A DNA stretch of 64,000 nucleotides from Phycisphaeraceae bacterium. GTDB taxonomy: Bacteria > Planctomycetota > Phycisphaerae > Phycisphaerales > Phycisphaeraceae. The DNA lies in assembly GCA_965224205.1 (NCBI GenBank), contig CBDCYN010000013.1:125647-189646 (forward strand), given 5' to 3'. A program made the position numbers and the translations under genes. Shown in pieces: positions 59,609 through 64,000 of the stretch; the first letter of the stretch is position 1, and the number at the start of each line of letters is the position of its first letter. The notes beneath the pieces were generated by a model, which searched no databases, had not been told where the DNA came from, and saw only the letters and a program-made list of their open reading frames with translations.

Positions 59609-60771
59609 CGTATCCAGCTTAATTTTGAGTCGTTATCCATGATGTGTGGCAGATGGAGCATAGGTCGTCCTGGGTGAATCTATTCCACGCTTGTCGACAT
59701 GCATCGAACAGGTCGTCGTAGTCATGGAACACGCGGTTGGATAGATAGTGGCTCTTGAGATAGGCCCACACCCGTTCGATGGGATTGAGCTCAGGTGAGT
59801 ACGGCGGCAGGTGCAATAGCGTGATGTTGTCGGGTACCACCAACGCTTTGGCCATGTGCCACCCGGCTTGATCCAACACCAACACCACGTGCTTACCGGG
59901 GCCGGCTTCCTGGGAGATGAACCGCAGGTGTTCGTTCATGTAGTCGGTGTTCACCGTCGGGGCCAACAGAGCCGAGGATCGACCGGTGCCCGGATTGACC
60001 GCCGCGAACAGGTAGACCCATTCATACTCGGTCTGCTTCACGGCGGTGGGACGCGATCCCTTGGGGGCCCAGACTTTCGTGAGCGTGCCTTGCTGGCCGA
60101 AACGGGCTTCGTCCTGGAACCACACCTCGACCCGCTGATCGGGATGTTCGTCTTGAATCTCTTGGATCAAAGGGGGGTGTCTTGCCGCCACGTCGCCATC
60201 GCTTCGGGATCGTTCTTGCGATGCTTCGGCCGCGGCGTCAGGCATGAATACCCCAACCGGTGCAGCAGGTCGTAGGCGCCTTGGAGACTGTAGGGCACGC
60301 CGAATTCTTGATCGAGGATCCGCACGACATCTTTGCCTCGCAAGGTGCACACGCCCTGGTCGGCGTCGGTGGGCCCGGTGTCGAGTCGTTGTATGAACGC
60401 GTCTTCTTGATCTCGACCTAGCTTGGTGGGGCGGCCTGGCTGGGGCCTGATGACGAGCGCGTCGATCCCGCCGTCGCGGTACGCGTAGGCCCAACGCTGC
60501 ACGGAAGCCCGGCCGCGATCGAGCGTGTCGGCGATCCAGTAAGAACTCTTACCTTCCAACGCCCACCTCACCGCCCGATATCGATCACGCTGCTTGGCGT
60601 TGCGTTCACGGCCGATCCGCCGCTTGAGTTCATCAAGGTCTTCGGGGTGTCGTAAAGAGATCTTCATCGTCGGCCTCCATGCCATCATCGCTCGATCACT
60701 CAAGCCCAACCGTCCCTAGTCAGGCCATCTGCCGCATCTTACTAAATCGACTCAGAATTATTCTGGAAGCG
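59609..60771 (-). mobile_element. IS630-family-like insertion sequence, element 4 (1163 bp)
   Basis: About 45-bp IRs CGTATCCAGCTTAATTTTGAGTCG...GGCAGATGG and CGCTTCCAGAATAATTCTGAGTCG...GGCAGATGG. TA at 59607-08 and 60772-73. Confidence 0.8.
59619..60667 (-). CDS. IS630-family DDE transposase in two frames (-1 shift at the C6 run near 60171-60176)
   Basis: orfA starts MKISLRHPEDLDELKRR, with GGAGG 6 nt upstream. orfB has WFQDEARFGQQG...LDQAGWH...LPPYSPELNPIERVW. Confidence 0.75.
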
Positions 60772-60861
60772 TATGACACCCTCGACACCAGCGCCCCCCC
60801 ACGTCTCGGCGGGTATCCGCGATGGGTATGGTGAACGCTTCACATGCCTTGAAGACGTTCT

Positions 60862-63756
60862 CTAGGGTCCCGACTCAGTTGTGGTTTCCATCGAAGCGGA
60901 TCGGCCGCTGCGCGTGGCCGCCTGCGCCTCGTGGGTGAGGATAACGGTGACAGGATTGGTCAAGTACGACTCAGCGACGGCTCGCAGGGATTCGGCATCG
61001 ACCCCTTTGACCTGCTGACGGAATCGCCCCGGTTCATCCATCCCCAACCCGTACAGCTCATTGAGCGCCGCGTCCGCGGCCCTTTGGCCGTTGGATTGCT
61101 TGTGGAGGAATTCATCGGCCAGAACTTTCGCCTTGGCACGGGTGAGGGTCGCGTCGTCGACCTCGGTGGCGCTTAGATCATCGGTCACCGATCGGGCACG
61201 GGCGATCGCCTCGTCGACGGATCCGGGCTGGGTATTGAAAACCACCATGAAATATCCCGGCACGAGCCCCGTGAACTGACCAGCCCACACCGCGTATACA
61301 AGCCCCGGGCCTTGACCGCGCAGGGCCTGTTCGAGCCGCCCGGTCGGGAAGCTCGATAGCACACTGGCCAGCACCTGGAGCCCGGGGTAATCCGGGCTGG
61401 TCCTCGAGACCCCCGGGCCGTAGCCGATCTGCACCGCCGCCAGCGACTTGGTGGTGGGAATGACCAGCCGTTGAGTTGTAGGTGGATCCGGTGACGCCGG
61501 CTGCCACGGCGTTTCGGGGGTCTGTGGCATCGCGTTAAAGAGGGTCTTGGCGTGTTTGGCGACCTCGTCCGGGTTGACGTCTCCGAACACCGCTACCACC
61601 GCCCCCGAGGCCGCAAGGTATTGTTGATGGAACGATCGCAGATCCTCGACGGTTAGTCCTTCGACGACTTCTCGCCGGCCCAGCACAGACTGGGACCAAG
61701 GGTGTTCTGGTCCAAAATACGCTTCGCGGAACTCCTTACGCAGCTCGCCGATCCAGGAATCGGTCTGCCGGTCGATTGCCGCTAAGAGGCGTGGCTGTAG
61801 CTTCTGCCACTCCTCTTGCGGGAAAGTCGGGTTGAGGGTCACGTCGGCCAGCAGCTTCAAAACCGCCGGCCAATCTTCTTTGAGGCATTCCGCCGCGGCG
61901 TAGGAGGTGTTGTTGCCGCACTGGGTCGACAGGCTGGCGCCGAGGTCTTCAATTTCTTGGGCGATCTGCTGAGCGGTGTGTGTAGCGGTCCCCTTGATCT
62001 GCATCGAGGCGGTCGCGTTGGCCAGGCCCTCTTGACCGGGTTGGTCTGCCAACAAGCCCCCGAGTTGATAGAGCTGGATCGAGACCGCGGGCACGACCGT
62101 GTTGCGACCCACCAGCAGGCGCAGGCCGTTGGGCAGCTCGTAGCGTTGGATCGGGTCGATCTCCACCGATGGAGATTCATTGGATACCTCATCATCGGAC
62201 GATTCGAGGCCAGCGACGATGACCGAGTTGTCGAGCTCGACCGGTTGGCGGTCAAGATCATCGGCGTTGACCGGGTCTTGCGGTCGGGTGATCGGCGGGG
62301 GGCTTTGGCCGGGCGGGGCCGGTTCGAGCGTGAGGCTGATCAACCGCTGGGGATCAAGGTATTTTTCAGCGACGCGTTGTACGTCTTGAGCCGAGATGGC
62401 CTGGATCGCTTCGACGTAGCGTTGGAGGTAGTCCGGGTCGTTGGTCCCGATCAGATCGCGTGCCAACCGGCCGGCCATCGCCTGGGCGGTCTGGTTGCTC
62501 ATGACCACACCGGCTAGGGTTTTTCGCTTGGCGCGGGCCAGTTCCGCCGCGGTTACGCCTTCTTTTCGGACCCGCTCGACCTGCTCCAAGATCGCGTCCT
62601 TCGCCTCGTTGACCCGGCTGTCGCGCCACGACCCGTCGGGTAAATCATCGCTTTCGGGTTCCGGGGGGATAGCCACGACGGCGTCGATCCCGAAGAAACC
62701 CTCGCCCCAGGTGAAGCTGAGGTTGTACGCATCGATCGAATTCACGAGTCTGTTCTCATCACGGATGGATCGTACGAGCCGGCTCGATTCACCCTGTCCG
62801 AGGATCACGCCCAGCAGGTCCATCGCGTAATCACCTTCACCGGCCAGGCGCGTGCCCGACCAGGCCAGCCGCAGCTGGGGTTGATCGACCGTGGCGGTCC
62901 CCGTCGCCTCGCGCGGCTGATCGACCGCCGGCTCGACCGGGAAGCTGACTTCGGGCAGGTCGCCGCGCTTGGCATTCTTCCACAGGGTCACGACCTGATC
63001 GATGACCTGTTGTTTATCGATATCCCCAGCGACGACGAAGACCATGTTGTTGGGCACGTACATACGTTTGTAGAAGTCATAGATCTCGTCGCGGGAGATG
63101 GTCAGGAATTCCTCGAGGTAGCCGATCGTGGGGTGGCGGGCGGGGTGGACGCTGAACCGGGCCTGCTGGGTGAGCTTCCAGAAGATCCGGCCCGGCTCGC
63201 CCTGGCCCATCTCAAACTCGCGCTGGATCACCGACCGCTCCCGCTCGTACTCCTCTTGGGTGATCAAGCTGTTTTGCATCCAATCGGAAAGCAGGTCGAC
63301 CGCGGCGGCGGTGTGGTCGCTGGTGGTGTTGATGTAGTAACGGACGGTATCGAGGCTGGTGGCGGCGTTGGTCGAGGCGCCGATGGAACCGAGGACCGCG
63401 TTCGACTGGGCCTCGGTGCGGGTGGCGGTCGACCCGCCCGACAGCAGGTGCTCAAGGAAGTGCGACAGCCCGGCCCCGACGTGCTCTTGTTCATAGATCG
63501 ATCCGGTCTTAACCCAAACCTGGACCGACACGACCGGGGCGGCGTGGTTCTCCTGAGCCAGAACGATCAACCCGTTGGGCAACTGAACCAGCAGACGATC
63601 GGGTCGTTGTTGCAAGGTGCGTACTCCTGGTTGCGTGGTGGGGGGGTGGCCGTTGTCTCCGTGGGGCACGTCCGAGGGTTGGGCGCAGCCGTTCGTGGCG
63701 ATAAGGAGATGGGCCAACACAGCAACGGCCAGTGGAAGAAAGGATCGGTTTACCAT
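60862..63756 (-). CDS. M16-family (pitrilysin/insulinase-like) zinc peptidase, double-length
   Basis: ATG at 63756 gives the signal-like MVNRSFLPLAVAVLAHLLIATNGCA. Inverted zinc motif HFLEH. The second half is M16-like without the motif. The longer ORF runs to 63849. Confidence 0.85.
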   Translation of the reverse strand: MVNRSFLPLAVAVLAHLLIATNGCAQPSDVPHGDNGHPPTTQPGVRTLQQRPDRLLVQLPNGLIVLAQENHAAPVVSVQVWVKTGSIYEQEHVGAGLSHFLEHLLSGGSTATRTEAQSNAVLGSIGASTNAATSLDTVRYYINTTSDHTAAAVDLLSDWMQNSLITQEEYERERSVIQREFEMGQGEPGRIFWKLTQQARFSVHPARHPTIGYLEEFLTISRDEIYDFYKRMYVPNNMVFVVAGDIDKQQVIDQVVTLWKNAKRGDLPEVSFPVEPAVDQPREATGTATVDQPQLRLAWSGTRLAGEGDYAMDLLGVILGQGESSRLVRSIRDENRLVNSIDAYNLSFTWGEGFFGIDAVVAIPPEPESDDLPDGSWRDSRVNEAKDAILEQVERVRKEGVTAAELARAKRKTLAGVVMSNQTAQAMAGRLARDLIGTNDPDYLQRYVEAIQAISAQDVQRVAEKYLDPQRLISLTLEPAPPGQSPPPITRPQDPVNADDLDRQPVELDNSVIVAGLESSDDEVSNESPSVEIDPIQRYELPNGLRLLVGRNTVVPAVSIQLYQLGGLLADQPGQEGLANATASMQIKGTATHTAQQIAQEIEDLGASLSTQCGNNTSYAAAECLKEDWPAVLKLLADVTLNPTFPQEEWQKLQPRLLAAIDRQTDSWIGELRKEFREAYFGPEHPWSQSVLGRREVVEGLTVEDLRSFHQQYLAASGAVVAVFGDVNPDEVAKHAKTLFNAMPQTPETPWQPASPDPPTTQRLVIPTTKSLAAVQIGYGPGVSRTSPDYPGLQVLASVLSSFPTGRLEQALRGQGPGLVYAVWAGQFTGLVPGYFMVVFNTQPGSVDEAIARARSVTDDLSATEVDDATLTRAKAKVLADEFLHKQSNGQRAADAALNELYGLGMDEPGRFRQQVKGVDAESLRAVAESYLTNPVTVILTHEAQAATRSGRSASMETTTESGP

Positions 63757-64000
63757 GAGTATGATCCGTGGGGTCAAATTGATATCCCTATCGGGTAACG
63801 ACAGCTCTATCCGCAGCTCGTGTAGACCTTCGGTAGAGGTCTGACACATTCCCGTCTTGGGGCTACACGCCGGGGGCAGCAGCCCTCGCGTGGACGTGGG
63901 TTTCTAGGTCCACACACTGCGTCGCGGTCGCGGTTAGCCCACGAGTCCTCATGCGAGATCTAACCTCGGGACATACGCGTCGCGGATCAAAAATCCGGGT

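Overview
GC-rich bacterial chromosomal window. The gene content suggests Planctomycetota: PEP-CTERM proteins, a HYExAFE protein, zinc-ribbon N-termini and extended ribosomal proteins. That taxonomic call is inference only. Positions 1-13.7 kb hold one plus-strand ribosomal string (rplB through rplQ, with secY, map, infA, rpmJ and rpoA). It lacks rpmD, adk and rpsD, and S5 and L17 carry long low-complexity tails. Next come a minus-strand trio (fliM, mraY, GAF-PP2C phosphatase) and a DsbD-like gene. Other genes are an aldo/keto reductase, a minus-strand vWA / TPR / ExbB / ExbD / ExbD / giant-TPR cluster, a LysM protein, three PEP-CTERM proteins, clpB, rlmN, a PetD-like membrane protein and argH. 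The remaining genes are an FHA-GAF histidine kinase, rplM-rpsI, HYExAFE and FHA proteins, a zinc-ribbon ORF with a frame break, DUF3565, a lysine-rich 36-bp tandem-repeat protein and an M16 peptidase. The window is rich in insertion sequences whose boundaries, target-site duplications and nesting can be read directly. There are two near-identical IS256-family copies and two near-identical IS630-family copies, one of which is nested inside an IS256 copy. An IS nest at 55.7-60.8 kb contains an IS481-like element interrupted twice, flanked by an IS256-like remnant and another IS630-like element. Two interspersed intergenic repeat families are also present. I saw no rRNA, tRNA or CRISPR array. I found no clearly novel multi-gene system. 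The best candidates for follow-up are the ExbBD/vWA/TPR cluster, the repeat families, the lysine-rich protein and the IS architecture.
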